A stretch of DNA of 64,000 nt from an uncultured Methanosarcinales archaeon (GCA_964344235.1 CAYFMJ010000001.1:96001-160000); one strand, 5' to 3'. Shown: positions 27,955-38,767, counted from the first letter of the stretch. Numbers and translations are program-made. The notes: generated by a model from the sequence alone, not told the origin.

Positions 27955-30900
27955 CCCATAAAAGAACCCAAACCAACTTGCTTATCTTTTTCCCTACCGA
28001 AAACGGTGTCAACTTGCATTTCTAAGATTTCTAACGTTTGTTTAAGATAGGGAGAAAAGTCATATTTCTTTGCTAGCTCTAAGGAAGGACCAAGGTATTT
28101 AATCACAGAACCGTGGGAGATGGTAAAGATAATTTTGCCATTACAAGAAGTACACCTACCGGAAAGTGGAGGTCTTCTGAATTTGGAGTTACAGCTAACA
28201 CAGCGGAAACCTTGCATGGAAAATTTCCGTAAGTTACCTTTGATATCTTTCAGAAAGTGTTTTTGGATAACTAACCGGGCAACGTCACCCATATCAACTG
28301 CGCGAACTTTTTGGGCAATATCCATTTGACCAAATAATTTTTCAGTCATCGAGGGAACGGTTTTATACGCAGAACATTGAACCCCTTTGTTGATGTTATC
28401 AACAAAATGAGTATAACCCATTTGCTCATACTGTAATTCTGTTCCTAGTCTATCGCCGATTTGTTCCACCTTTTTCTGCTCCTCTCCATACTTCACTTCC
28501 CACGGATTTTTCATCTCTAACGATGCTTCATACAGTTCAAGAGGGTATTTCCAGACAACGTCAACACCGTGCACTTGATCGTCAACCTCTGCTGGGTTAA
28601 GAACAGAGGTAAGAACTAACGGTGCGTCCATTGTTTTTGCGCCTCTTCTATCAGGTAGGTATTGTCGTGAAAAATTGAGGAGAGCATCCATTAGCAACAT
28701 CACGCATGCTTCATCGCCATCGCAATCCCTTCTCATGCCAGCGTGATAGAGAGGATGAGTAATAAGGCCCTGTGTTTCGGAAGAGCCAATTATTCTCCCA
28801 ACTAGGCCCGCTGAAATGTGTGGTGCTAACCCAATCACGAGATGACCAGCGAGGTCTTCTTCTTTCGTGATGTTGTAATATCTCTTTTGTCCATATAATT
28901 TTACAAGTAATTCATCAACAAAATTCGCAACACGGCTAAGAACTTTCGGTGCGGATTCTTCCAACGAATCAAAACCAGGCAGGATAACATCTTGTGGAAA
29001 CATTTCGAGGACTTGATTTGGGCCTGTTAATTCTTTACCGTGAATGTCTTTATGATACCCGAGTTCTTTGAGTTTTTCAATGGATGTTTTGATTTCTTTT
29101 GGTTTGAAGTGTGTTAAAGGGAGTTCTGTACAATCATAGCGAGTGGTCCCATCTTTGTTAACGTAGACACGATGTTTTGCCCGTAGTATTCCTTTGGAGA
29201 GATGTTCTACAACATGATCTTTGTTTGATGTTCCACGAACGCCTTTGATTAAATCGGGGAGGAGATTTTCTTTGATTAGTTTCTGGGCATGGTCAAGATA
29301 GTATTTTATGTCAATGTCACGTGTTTTAAATGATCTTGTTGGACCGTGACGGCAGGTTTCTTTATCAACATCACCGCAAAAGCGACAATGATATTTCTGC
29401 TCGCAGTCTTTACTACACTTTTCGCAGACAGCATACACTGTTTCGGAATCGCAGGAAGTGCAATAGAATAAAGGGAACGTGCTGCGTACTTTGCCTGCTT
29501 TCAACGCTGATTGAAAACTTCGGAGTCTATCTCCCTCGTCACCAACAGGAAACATCACTTGGGGAGAACCAGTCATGTGGCGCATTTTCGCTTTTTCTGG
29601 CCGGCCCATTCGTGCTCCAATAAATGTGCCTGCTTTATCTCTAAGAGTTGTATTACCAAGAAAATTAATTACTTCTAATCCATTTTTCTCTGCGACAGTT
29701 TCGGAGGAGAGAGTGATTTTCTCCAGGCCTTCTTGGTCTTTGACATCAAAACAAAATGCGAGGATTGTTGCTTCTTTCCGTTCTATAACTACATTTTCTT
29801 TACTGATAACTTGGTGGGGGATTCCCAATTCTTCTAGAATGCGCTTAGCTCTTGTATGGTGTTCATTTTGTTGGTTTAGGGGAACAATTATTTTTTTAAT
29901 GCCTTTTTCGTCGATTTTTATTTTACCTTCTTGCAGCCATTGTTTCACGGTGAGGAGATCTTTTCCAGAAACAAGCGACCAATAAAAAGTGTAATCTGAG
30001 TGTAGTGGAACTGAGAAGGTTTTGCTTATTGTTAGTGCTTCTTCCCACGTTGGCTTTTGAGTCAAAGGTTTACGAGTGAGGTGGTCAAGACGTTCTGCAG
30101 TAATGTTTGTTTCTTTGGCTGCTTTTGCAAGAGGTTCTTGTTCAAAGCGAGTGTTGATTGCTTTCTCTACTTCTAACGCCCACCATTCTGGGCAATAACC
30201 AACTGGAACAAGAGAATGACCGTTCTCTGAGAAGTCTCCATAATTGAAGAGTATGTCGCCAAGGAAAAGGATCTCTTTAATTTTGGGAAAGTATTGTTTC
30301 GCTTCTTGTTCTGTGTTTAATTGTATGACAGAGCCATCTTCTAATGAAACGATGGGGCCATCAATCGTTTCGCAGACCATTACTGTCGCTGCTTTTCCGG
30401 GTCTCTCAACTTTGAGTTGTGTGCCAATGGCAATGTATTTGTTCAGTACGACAAGAGTTGCGGGACTAAGAGCACAGGCAGAGAAGCCTGAGTTTCGCGT
30501 TCTACCGTAACGTAAACGGAATCCTCCGACGGCAAGAGGGTGAGTTAAGATTGGTCTACCTGCAACTAGATCCATGATGAATGTGTTGTTTGCTTTAACT
30601 TGTTTTTTCGCTGGTTCGTCATCTTTTTTCTCTTTCTTACTGCCGTGAGACGCGTGAATTCTTTCTTTCAGTGCGAGAAAGTCAGCAAGCCATTCCCATT
30701 CTAAATCAAAATCTTTTCCCCATTTCGATAATCGTTTCCATAATTTTGGCGCTTTTTGTGACAAACCTTCTGCTAATACTAACGCAACACCACCACGGAT
30801 AAGGTTGGTGTCGATTCTTGGGAGGTCTTTGTAGTTTGATACTTCAAATTTTTCTGTAGGGTCACCGTCAACTTCCACAGGAAGATGGGAGAGGAGAAAT

Positions 30901-31559
30901 TTGAGTTCATCGTCAGAGGGATGGTATTGTAAGTTAGTAATACGTTCGTGGTAATCATGCACCTCGGCATTGTAACGGTTAATTTCAACTTCTTCCGGGT
31001 CGTAGGTAGCATAGCCCATTTTTACTCGTACATAATCGGCAAGAATTACCGAGGTAGAAGAAGCTGTTCCTCCTGCTGCTCTAATTGGCCCGGCATATTG
31101 CAGGGCAAAGTATTCTTTGCCATCTTTTCGTTTTTTGATTTTTAACCCAATAAACCCTTCAAGGGGAGCGGAAACAATACCGAGTGTAAGGTAGGCGAAG
31201 CCAACTCTAATACCTACTTCCATTGCTTCTTGTTTTGTTTCAAATGTACAGAAGGTTTGTTTGGCAACTTCTTCAGCAATTTTAAAACCAACTCGCCAAT
31301 CTAGCTGGCCGTATTCTTGTTCAAGTTCAAGAATTCGTTCTGGGATTTTTGTACTCTCAATTTGTGGAGCAGCTACTGAGATAAGTCCTACAACACGTTC
31401 TGCCATGTTTTTTGCTACAGGAATTGGTACTGTTTTCTCTGGGTCAAGGCCTTTTTGGCGGGCTTTCGCAGCGAGGTTATAGCAATCTTTAACAGTAGTG
31501 TCTATTGATTTGAAATATTTCTGCATGGTGGGGGTTGCTGCGACGTCCATTTTATCCAA
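27951..31559 (-). CDS. polC: DNA polymerase D large subunit DP2 (no intein seen)
   Basis: 'GPIRAAGGT', 'GGFRLRYGR.RNSG', 'IGARMGRPEKAK', catalytic 'RRDCDGDE', 'MDAPLV', C-terminal Zn fingers. Confidence 0.97.
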   Translation of the reverse strand: MDKMDVAATPTMQKYFKSIDTTVKDCYNLAAKARQKGLDPEKTVPIPVAKNMAERVVGLISVAAPQIESTKIPERILELEQEYGQLDWRVGFKIAEEVAKQTFCTFETKQEAMEVGIRVGFAYLTLGIVSAPLEGFIGLKIKKRKDGKEYFALQYAGPIRAAGGTASSTSVILADYVRVKMGYATYDPEEVEINRYNAEVHDYHERITNLQYHPSDDELKFLLSHLPVEVDGDPTEKFEVSNYKDLPRIDTNLIRGGVALVLAEGLSQKAPKLWKRLSKWGKDFDLEWEWLADFLALKERIHASHGSKKEKKDDEPAKKQVKANNTFIMDLVAGRPILTHPLAVGGFRLRYGRTRNSGFSACALSPATLVVLNKYIAIGTQLKVERPGKAATVMVCETIDGPIVSLEDGSVIQLNTEQEAKQYFPKIKEILFLGDILFNYGDFSENGHSLVPVGYCPEWWALEVEKAINTRFEQEPLAKAAKETNITAERLDHLTRKPLTQKPTWEEALTISKTFSVPLHSDYTFYWSLVSGKDLLTVKQWLQEGKIKIDEKGIKKIIVPLNQQNEHHTRAKRILEELGIPHQVISKENVVIERKEATILAFCFDVKDQEGLEKITLSSETVAEKNGLEVINFLGNTTLRDKAGTFIGARMGRPEKAKMRHMTGSPQVMFPVGDEGDRLRSFQSALKAGKVRSTFPLFYCTSCDSETVYAVCEKCSKDCEQKYHCRFCGDVDKETCRHGPTRSFKTRDIDIKYYLDHAQKLIKENLLPDLIKGVRGTSNKDHVVEHLSKGILRAKHRVYVNKDGTTRYDCTELPLTHFKPKEIKTSIEKLKELGYHKDIHGKELTGPNQVLEMFPQDVILPGFDSLEESAPKVLSRVANFVDELLVKLYGQKRYYNITKEEDLAGHLVIGLAPHISAGLVGRIIGSSETQGLITHPLYHAGMRRDCDGDEACVMLLMDALLNFSRQYLPDRRGAKTMDAPLVLTSVLNPAEVDDQVHGVDVVWKYPLELYEASLEMKNPWEVKYGEEQKKVEQIGDRLGTELQYEQMGYTHFVDNINKGVQCSAYKTVPSMTEKLFGQMDIAQKVRAVDMGDVARLVIQKHFLKDIKGNLRKFSMQGFRCVSCNSKFRRPPLSGRCTSCNGKIIFTISHGSVIKYLGPSLELAKKYDFSPYLKQTLEILEMQVDTVFGREKDKQVGLGSFMG

Positions 31560-33276
31560 AGCGTAGTACTTTCACCTCTCTCGTTTTAAGGTTGACTGCT
31601 GGTACTCTTGATGGTTCGGGATCGTGACCGAGCTTTTCCTGAAAGGAAGTCATGCCCTGCCAACAACTACCACAAATCATTGTGACCCCTTTGTAGTTAG
31701 CAACAGTAGAATAATGAATGTGACCCGTAATAAGGAAATCCGGGATCTGTTTGATTAGCAATGGATCTTCTTTGTGGGAAGGGTAGTAAGGCGTTGATTT
31801 AAATGAGGGAGCGAGGTGCCTGCGTTTAAGAAGAAATTTCATAATTAAATCAGAGCGGTGATAACCTCCGTTCATTCGAATTGATTCAACATTAGCAACA
31901 TAGTAGTCAAAACTGAAGCCGTGGTATAATAAAATGTTGAAGCCTTCGAAGTCTTTTGTTTTGCCGATATTAACGTAGGAAGGATTTGTAACGAGAGTGG
32001 CATTTGGGAGATCAAATAACGTGGGAGCAAATTTCTGGTAAAAAACAGGTTGAGGTTCTGCTAAATGAACCATGTCATGATTTCCAGGGCACATAATGAT
32101 TTGTTTATCTTGCGGAATCTGTTTCATTAATCGGGCGAATTCCGCATATTGTTCTTTGATATCTGTAATGTCAAGTTCCTGTTCGTGAGAGGGGTAGATA
32201 CCAACACCATCGACTAAGTCCCCAGCAATGATAATATATTTTGTTTTCCTCGCAATGTCACGTTGTTCTTCATTTCCTGCTTCTCCACGAACCCAACGGA
32301 GGAAACGGTTAAAGTCGTCAGTGAGAAAATATCTTGAACCAACGTGAATATCGGAAAGGAAGATTGCATATTCTTCTTTGGGGCCTTTTTTCATTTCGTT
32401 ATGACTAGGGATGTCTGGCCAGATGATATTGTCAGCAAAAATTATTTTATCTCCTGTTGTGCCAGAAACGCCAATCACTTCATCAACGACGAGATCTTTT
32501 GCTAGAGGATACAGTTCACGATTGTTTTTTGAGACGAATACTTTGATTCTACCTGTAGGGTCTTCTATTGTTATCATAATATTGCCATTTCGTGTTTCAC
32601 CAATCTCTTCGACTACCCCAATAACTGCTGCTGATTCACGTTCTTTTTTGTGAAGCACACGAGAAATACTGGCGGTTGATTGTAATTCACGATGATTACG
32701 GAGAATGCTTTCCAAGAAGCGGTAGCGGGAAGTGAAAAAGTTTGTGAAGTCTCTGATAGTGTATTTATGTGGAATGTTTTCGTAGGATAGGATGACCGTT
32801 ACTGCAGAGGTGGTTGAGAGTGAAGAGGAGAGAGAGGTGGTTTGTTGTAGCGCTTCAATATTTTTTTCAGGCTGAATAATCATGGCTTCTGTTTCGAAGG
32901 AAGTTGCTGGCGTGTCTTCAGCAAGTGCTGTTTCAAGGCTTGAGATTTCTGTTGTCGGTTGTTGTATTTTTGAAGGGATTTTAAGAAGTAAGGATGATTT
33001 ACTTGTTTCTTGTAAATGGGATTGGTACAGTTCGTCATCTCGTTCTTTTTCTGCATCAACACGAAGTTTATCTGTTTCATACCAATCAATAAGTGTTCCT
33101 TGTTGATTAAGGATGACTGAGTAATCGGAGTTAAGGACGAGTAGGTCTGCTTCGGATTCAATTTTTTCGAAGAGAGATTCGTCAAAGTTATCAAGCATTT
33201 CTTGGTTTAACAAAATACCCTTCTCAAAGAGTTGTTCAATCAGTTCCTGTTTTTTCTTTGATAATTCTTCTGGCAT
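31552..33276 (-). CDS. polB: DNA polymerase D small subunit DP1 (exonuclease)
   Basis: OB fold plus phosphoesterase motifs SDIHVGS, GDLVDG, PGNHD, HG, GHIH. Confidence 0.95.
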   Translation of the reverse strand: MPEELSKKKQELIEQLFEKGILLNQEMLDNFDESLFEKIESEADLLVLNSDYSVILNQQGTLIDWYETDKLRVDAEKERDDELYQSHLQETSKSSLLLKIPSKIQQPTTEISSLETALAEDTPATSFETEAMIIQPEKNIEALQQTTSLSSSLSTTSAVTVILSYENIPHKYTIRDFTNFFTSRYRFLESILRNHRELQSTASISRVLHKKERESAAVIGVVEEIGETRNGNIMITIEDPTGRIKVFVSKNNRELYPLAKDLVVDEVIGVSGTTGDKIIFADNIIWPDIPSHNEMKKGPKEEYAIFLSDIHVGSRYFLTDDFNRFLRWVRGEAGNEEQRDIARKTKYIIIAGDLVDGVGIYPSHEQELDITDIKEQYAEFARLMKQIPQDKQIIMCPGNHDMVHLAEPQPVFYQKFAPTLFDLPNATLVTNPSYVNIGKTKDFEGFNILLYHGFSFDYYVANVESIRMNGGYHRSDLIMKFLLKRRHLAPSFKSTPYYPSHKEDPLLIKQIPDFLITGHIHYSTVANYKGVTMICGSCWQGMTSFQEKLGHDPEPSRVPAVNLKTREVKVLRFG

Positions 33277-33310
33277 TGTAGTTTTTGCAGTTTGTTAATT
33301 TGTTTTGGTT

Positions 33311-34513
33311 TTATGTGATCTGTAATGATTTTTCCAATAGTTCTCTCAGTTTTATAGTGAGGTTTTCTTCTAGAGGGCAGGTGATTTCTCGCGTTCTGCC
33401 ATAACGACCTTTGGAAATTATTTTGGCGTTAATGATACCGAGCATGTCAAGTTCCGCTAGAATGTCTGAGATCCGTCTCTGTGTAAGAACGTTGAAACTT
33501 GCTTTTTTACAAATAGAAGAGTACACATCATAAATTTCCCCCGTAAAAAAGCGACGTTTCTCGGGAGCGATAAGAAGTATTGAATAGAGAACTGTCTGAA
33601 ATTGTTTTGGTTGACCTAAAGCTGCGCTTACGATTTTATCTGACTCTACTTTTTGTTCGGCTTCGTCAAGATGTTGGATTTCAATATTCGAAGAACCTTT
33701 GCGCTCAGCTAATTCTCCGGCAACTCGAAGTAGATCTATCGAGCGACGAACATCACCATGTTCACGAGCGGCGTAGGCAGAGCATTTTTCGATGACTCCT
33801 ACTTGAATAACGCTCTCTTGAAACGCTATAGCAGACCGTTTACGGAGAATATCTTGAATTTGGAGTGCATTATATGGAGGGAAGATAACTTCTTCCTCTG
33901 ATAATGAAGATTTAACCCGAGGATCGAGGTTTTCTGCAAAAATGAGGTTGTTGGAAATCCCAATAAGACAAATTTGCGAGCGACGAAGCTCCGCGTTGAT
34001 TCTTGTTAAGTTATAGAGAATCTCATCCCCTATTTTTTTTGTTAGTTGATCGATTTCATCAAGTACAAGAAGAACAATTTGTTCTTGTTGATCAAGTAAT
34101 TGGTAGAATGTACTATAGACTTCATCAGTGGGTAAGCCTGTTGAGGGAACTTCTTTACCAAATTCTTTGATTAATTGGGCGAGTAAGCGGTATTCAGTAT
34201 CGGCAACCCTTTTTAATTTGCAGTTGAGGTAGATTGGTTTAAGAGGAACTCTATTTTTTTCTGCTATCTCTGCCATGGAAGTGAGAATATGTTTCATAGA
34301 AAGGGTTTTGCCCGTTCCTGTTTTGCCATAAATGAAAAGGTTAGAAGGGCGTTCCATCCTCAAAGCTGGAGCAAGAATATTCGCGACCTCCTGAATTTGT
34401 TCTTCTCGAAAAAGAACGTTATCAGGCATATAGGATGAAAGAAGAGCTGATTTATCGTTGAACAGAGAATCCTTTGCTAGAAAGTTTTCGAAAAAGTTAC
34501 CTATTTGTACCAT
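33311..34513 (-). CDS. cdc6: Orc1/Cdc6 replication initiator
   Basis: Walker A GKTGTGKT, Walker B 'VLDEID', 'LDPRVKSSL', 'GDVRRSIDLLR', wH 'KGRYGRT'. Confidence 0.96.
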   Translation of the reverse strand: MVQIGNFFENFLAKDSLFNDKSALLSSYMPDNVLFREEQIQEVANILAPALRMERPSNLFIYGKTGTGKTLSMKHILTSMAEIAEKNRVPLKPIYLNCKLKRVADTEYRLLAQLIKEFGKEVPSTGLPTDEVYSTFYQLLDQQEQIVLLVLDEIDQLTKKIGDEILYNLTRINAELRRSQICLIGISNNLIFAENLDPRVKSSLSEEEVIFPPYNALQIQDILRKRSAIAFQESVIQVGVIEKCSAYAAREHGDVRRSIDLLRVAGELAERKGSSNIEIQHLDEAEQKVESDKIVSAALGQPKQFQTVLYSILLIAPEKRRFFTGEIYDVYSSICKKASFNVLTQRRISDILAELDMLGIINAKIISKGRYGRTREITCPLEENLTIKLRELLEKSLQIT

Positions 34514-34559
34514 ATAATCCCCTCGTTTTTTGCTAAATGTGGTAAGCGAATACCAGGAA

Positions 34560-35081
34560 CCCCCTTATTTCCTGTGGAAACTTGTATTCTGCTTTTGTTT
34601 TGGGTAACAATTTTTCATGAATGATGTGTAGTGTTACCCAAATGAGTGTATTGGTGTTACCAAGACACCTTAATTTCTTATGGAAGTAGTTTAAATAGTT
34701 ATTGCTGGATTAATGAGTAGTAACTAATAGGTGTTCTTGAAAATATTTTTTAGGAAAATTGTTTTTGAGTTAACGGAATTTGTTGTTGTGTTGTTCTTTT
34801 TGCTTTATTTTTTATCATTTATTTGTTATTTTATTGTTATAATTATATATTATATTATTATTTTCAATATAGAAATAATATAATAATAATAGAGAGCAAA
34901 GTGCTTGAATGAAAATTGAATTTTGTTTTTTGTTGTTGTAGTTGAGTTTCCATGTGAAATTATTTCATTTATTATTATTATTGTTTAAGGTATGTAATAG
35001 TAGTAGTAGGGACGTGTATTATGCAACAAACAAACAGTCTGATTTTTTTCAAAATTACATTTTCCATAAGAAATGAAGGGG
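34560..35081. other. Putative replication origin (oriC): ORB elements flanking an AT-rich DUE
   Basis: Minus-strand ORBs GTTTCCACAGGAAATAAGGGGG (34560-34581) and TTCCATAAGAAATTAAGGTG (about 34666-34685); plus-strand GTTTCCATGTGAAATTA (34946-34962) and TTTCCATAAGAAATGAAGGGG (35061-35081); near-pure AT tract about 34800-34895; directly upstream of cdc6. Confidence 0.85.
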
Positions 35082-35202
35082 TGCTGCTTACTACACTAGC
35101 GTTTTCTACGACTATTTCTCTTTGTAGTGTAGGCAGACGGACTTTTTCTACTGAGTTTAGTATATAAAAACATTTAAATAGTTTTAAGAGGGTATTTCCA
35201 GC

Positions 35203-36063
35203 ATGGTTCTTGAATCATTATTTAATCCATTTACTGTTAAGAAACGCCCACTCCATATGTTTGGAGCTGGTTTTCTGTATGCAGTTGTTGCATTATTTCT
35301 TTCATACTTTGTGTTTAGAGAAGGTGCAGGGCTATTAATGGTGTTTCTGATAGTGATGGCGACATTGCCAACGTTGTATCAAACTATTAAGAATGAAGAG
35401 GAGTTAGATTTACAACTTGAGGGGGAATGGAGATTGTTAAAGGAGCATACGAAAGTACTTGTGTTTTTTATGTTTCTGTTTTTAGGAATTACTGCAGCAT
35501 TAGCGATGGCGTATGTGTTCCTACCACAGGGAATGATTGATGGAGTGTTTCATTTACAACAGGAAGCAATTGTTAGTGTGAATCAGCAAGTACAGGGGGT
35601 AGCAGAAGTTACAGGGGATATTACAAAGTTTGGTTTATTTGGGAAAATTTTTTTGAATAACATTAAAGTTCTCTTTTTCTGTTTGATTTTTTCGTTTTTG
35701 TATGGAACAGGCGCGATATTTATCTTAACGTGGAATGCTTCAGTGATAGCGGCAGCAATGGGGAATGTTGTAAAAGCAAAGATTGGGGCAGCGGGAGCGA
35801 TGGTTGGTTTTGGCGGTATTGCGACATATTTTAGTGCAGCTGCGTTTAGTTTCTTTCGGTATATGACGCATGGTTTGTTGGAGATTGCAGCGTATTTTGT
35901 CGCTGGTTTAGCAGGGGGAATTATTTCTATAGCGTTGATTAAACATAACTTGAAAGAGGAGAAAGTGTTAGTTGATGCAGTTGATTTAGTGTTAATAAGC
36001 TTGGGTTTACTTGTAGTAGCGGGAGTTGTAGAAGTCTATGTTACTCCTCTGTTGTTTGCTTAG
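35203..36063 (+). CDS. Stage II sporulation protein M (DUF95)-like membrane protein
   Basis: Multi-TM, 'IFLNNIKV...LIFSF.YG.G.IFIL.WNA', 'HGLLEI.AY..AG..G'. Confidence 0.8.
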   Translation: MVLESLFNPFTVKKRPLHMFGAGFLYAVVALFLSYFVFREGAGLLMVFLIVMATLPTLYQTIKNEEELDLQLEGEWRLLKEHTKVLVFFMFLFLGITAALAMAYVFLPQGMIDGVFHLQQEAIVSVNQQVQGVAEVTGDITKFGLFGKIFLNNIKVLFFCLIFSFLYGTGAIFILTWNASVIAAAMGNVVKAKIGAAGAMVGFGGIATYFSAAAFSFFRYMTHGLLEIAAYFVAGLAGGIISIALIKHNLKEEKVLVDAVDLVLISLGLLVVAGVVEVYVTPLLFA

Positions 36064-36746
36064 AGAACTTTGACTTTACCAGGTTGGTTTTGGAAGATGT
36101 CTCCTTTCTCTAACATTTTTTCAAGCATCTTTTCTGTATCTGGCACTGTAGATTCAGCAATAACGGTTTCTATTAACACTCCCTCTCCTTCGTCGAGCGT
36201 TTCAATAAGTTTTGCAATTTTTTCAAATGGCGGAATGTTTTCCGCTGGTTCTTGAATAATCTCTACGGAGGGTGTTGGTTTGGGAGTTTGTTGGGAAGGT
36301 TCCTCTGCTGTTTCTTTAGGAGGTTCTGTTACTTGTGTTGTTTGCTGTGTTGGCATTGTTTTTTGTAATTCCAATGAACGTAACTTTAACCATAAAGGAT
36401 CAAGTTTTTTGATAATTTCTGGAGAAAGGTACTTTTCTTCGTTATATACTCTTACTTTCCCAACAGCAAGTACGATGCTTCCAACAGTAAGGGCATCAAA
36501 GTGTTTGTTTTCCTCAAAAGAACGCGCAGTAAGAGTCGAGGTTCCGTCATCTAGAAGGAATGTTGTTATGGTTCCTGCTTTTTCTTTCTGGACAATTGTT
36601 GCAATAATATTAACACGGTATAATTTTTCACTGGTTTCTGTTAAAAGGTAATTATGTTCTTCCGCTTCCTGGACAAACGTTCCTGCCGTAATGTTCCGAA
36701 TAGTTGTTTTACATGCAACGTGCCTTCTATATTTTGTTGTTTCCAT
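36060..36746 (-). CDS. OB-fold ssDNA-binding protein (RPA32/RPA2-like) with C-terminal winged helix
   Basis: 'RVNIIATIV', 'LDDGT', 'VGKVRVYNEEKY..PEII', Pro/Thr linker, 'LEKGDIFQ..PG'; coupled to MCM. Confidence 0.75.
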   Translation of the reverse strand: METTKYRRHVACKTTIRNITAGTFVQEAEEHNYLLTETSEKLYRVNIIATIVQKEKAGTITTFLLDDGTSTLTARSFEENKHFDALTVGSIVLAVGKVRVYNEEKYLSPEIIKKLDPLWLKLRSLELQKTMPTQQTTQVTEPPKETAEEPSQQTPKPTPSVEIIQEPAENIPPFEKIAKLIETLDEGEGVLIETVIAESTVPDTEKMLEKMLEKGDIFQNQPGKVKVL

Positions 36747-38767
36747 TATAACCGCTGGATAAAGCCCCTCTTTGGTTCGAAGATGTCACCGGAGCGCCGA
36801 AGTTTTTCAAGCAATTCTTCAACTTTATCTTGTGGGATGTTTTTTTCTTGCGCTGCTTCGATGATGTTTTCAACAGGAATAATTTTACTGGATAATTGCT
36901 CTTCCATCGCACTAATAATTTCTTTAATAGAACTAATACCTCCTCGTTGCGTAGCAGTGATTCTGCTGCTTAGTCTATCGATATCAATTTGTCCAGTTTC
37001 GGAATCTTTGGCAATTTGATTTAAACAATAGTCAACAAGCTCAATGGCTTTCTGTGCATCAACTTTTGTTACTTTTTGTGCCAAGCGAATTTTGGCAGCA
37101 GCTTCAGCTAGTCTAACGAGCCCTTCCAATTGACGGGCGGTAATAGGAATACTTTTGACTCCACTTTCATCTGAAATTCCAGAGTTACGCATTTTAACAT
37201 AGTATTCTTTAATCTCTTCGATTGCTTCGTCAGTAATTTGTGGTTGAATTCTCTGACGAACATAGGAAAAATATTTTCGTAGTAGCTCCGTTGGAATTTC
37301 AGACATACCTTTCTCAGGGTTTTTGTGTAGGCCAAGAATAAACGAAGCGGTTCGTTCATCTTTTTCCCGACTCGGCATGTCTTTTACTGGAAAAATGAGG
37401 TCAAACCGGTTAATTAATGTTGGAGGAAGGTTAATTTGGTTGGCAATTAAGTCGTAGGGGTCAAACCGGCCAAACTTTGGATTTGCTGCAGCAATAACAG
37501 TGGTTTCACAGCGTAAAGTTGCTTGGATATTTGCTTTAGAAACGCTCACGGTTTGCTGCTCTAATGCTTCGTGTAGGGCGGAACGATCCTCTTTGGTCAT
37601 TTTATCCATCTCATCAATAACTGCAAAGCCTTTATTTGCTAATACTAATGTTCCTGCTTCTAAACTCCAGCCACCAAGGAATTCATCTTTGACGACACTT
37701 GCTGTTAGACCGGCAGCAGTTGCGCCTTTTCCTGAAGTGAACCTCGCTTTTGGAGCAACTTTTGTGATTCGTTTAAGAAGTTGTGATTTCCCTGAACCAG
37801 GATCTCCGATCAGAAGTACGTGCATATCCCCTCTTGTAATGACACCATCAGGACGGACTTTCCGACAACCACCTGCTAGTTGTAAAACAAGCGCTTCTTT
37901 GATTTTATCGTGCCCATAAATGGAAGGGGCGATGCTGGAAGAGATCATGTTAAGTGGATTTTCACCGGCAGCAATTTCTTTGATTTGTTCCAAGTCTTTG
38001 TCAGAAATTTTCATATCAACGGAATCATCTTGCACTGGTTCAACGAAATTAGATTCCAAGATTAAATCGTATTTTGTTGCTTTCCCTCCAGAACGGAGAG
38101 TGATGGGAACTTCAGTTACCCAGCCGGAAAGAATAACTCTCGACCCAGGACTTGATTTCCGTTCTGAAATTGGAGACACAAGATCATCTTTAAGGAAGAC
38201 GTTGATCCGTTTAGGTTGTGCTCCGTCTAACTCATCCGGTGCTTCTTCTAGCACTAAACCTTGGCCGTCAACAAGTTCTTTTGAAATTTCTTTGAACTTT
38301 CCTTTTCTACCGCAGCCACATCGTGTTGGTTCTTTGTATTTCTGATCTAACTGCAGGACGTTAAGAATATTACCGCAGGAAGGGCATTCAAACTTGGCAG
38401 CGGTTACATGGGGCCGTACATTAGATTTTTGCCGGACAATGCCTTCCATCCAGACAAATTTTTCAAGATGTTTACTTCGCACCTCGCTAATCAAAATTTT
38501 CTGTGACTCTGGCAGGTTTTTGAGCCTGACTGTGAATTTAGTGATTTTTTTTGGAAGGTCAAATTCTTTGACTGCTATCTCTGCTGCTTTAAGAAGTTCT
38601 TGTGGGGCTTCCAGGAGTTCGTCTGTGATGTCGGGGTTGAATTTAAGAAGTTCTGCAAAGTCTAATACTAAATATGTTTGGCCTTTACGAACTGCTTCAA
38701 GAAGTTGTGGATGATAATTTTGTTCGATAAATTCTCTAAATACTTTAATTTGTTCGTCGACGTCCAC
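36746..38767 (-). CDS. mcm: MCM replicative helicase (no intein seen)
   Basis: Zn finger 'CPSC...CGCG', Walker A GDPGSGKS, 'DEMDKM', 'AAANPKFGRFD', arginine finger 'NRFD', 'ITARQLE'. Confidence 0.97.
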   Translation of the reverse strand: MDVDEQIKVFREFIEQNYHPQLLEAVRKGQTYLVLDFAELLKFNPDITDELLEAPQELLKAAEIAVKEFDLPKKITKFTVRLKNLPESQKILISEVRSKHLEKFVWMEGIVRQKSNVRPHVTAAKFECPSCGNILNVLQLDQKYKEPTRCGCGRKGKFKEISKELVDGQGLVLEEAPDELDGAQPKRINVFLKDDLVSPISERKSSPGSRVILSGWVTEVPITLRSGGKATKYDLILESNFVEPVQDDSVDMKISDKDLEQIKEIAAGENPLNMISSSIAPSIYGHDKIKEALVLQLAGGCRKVRPDGVITRGDMHVLLIGDPGSGKSQLLKRITKVAPKARFTSGKGATAAGLTASVVKDEFLGGWSLEAGTLVLANKGFAVIDEMDKMTKEDRSALHEALEQQTVSVSKANIQATLRCETTVIAAANPKFGRFDPYDLIANQINLPPTLINRFDLIFPVKDMPSREKDERTASFILGLHKNPEKGMSEIPTELLRKYFSYVRQRIQPQITDEAIEEIKEYYVKMRNSGISDESGVKSIPITARQLEGLVRLAEAAAKIRLAQKVTKVDAQKAIELVDYCLNQIAKDSETGQIDIDRLSSRITATQRGGISSIKEIISAMEEQLSSKIIPVENIIEAAQEKNIPQDKVEELLEKLRRSGDIFEPKRGFIQRL

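Noticed and set aside
34800-34990. Possible CRISPR or tandem repeat array in the long intergenic region
   Set aside because: Only low-complexity AT/TAG tracts; no constant repeat-spacer periodicity; explained as the origin DUE.
27951-38767. Inteins in DP2, Cdc6 or MCM
   Set aside because: Lengths are normal, the catalytic motifs are contiguous, and no C/S...HN-C/S/T junctions or LAGLIDADG blocks were seen.
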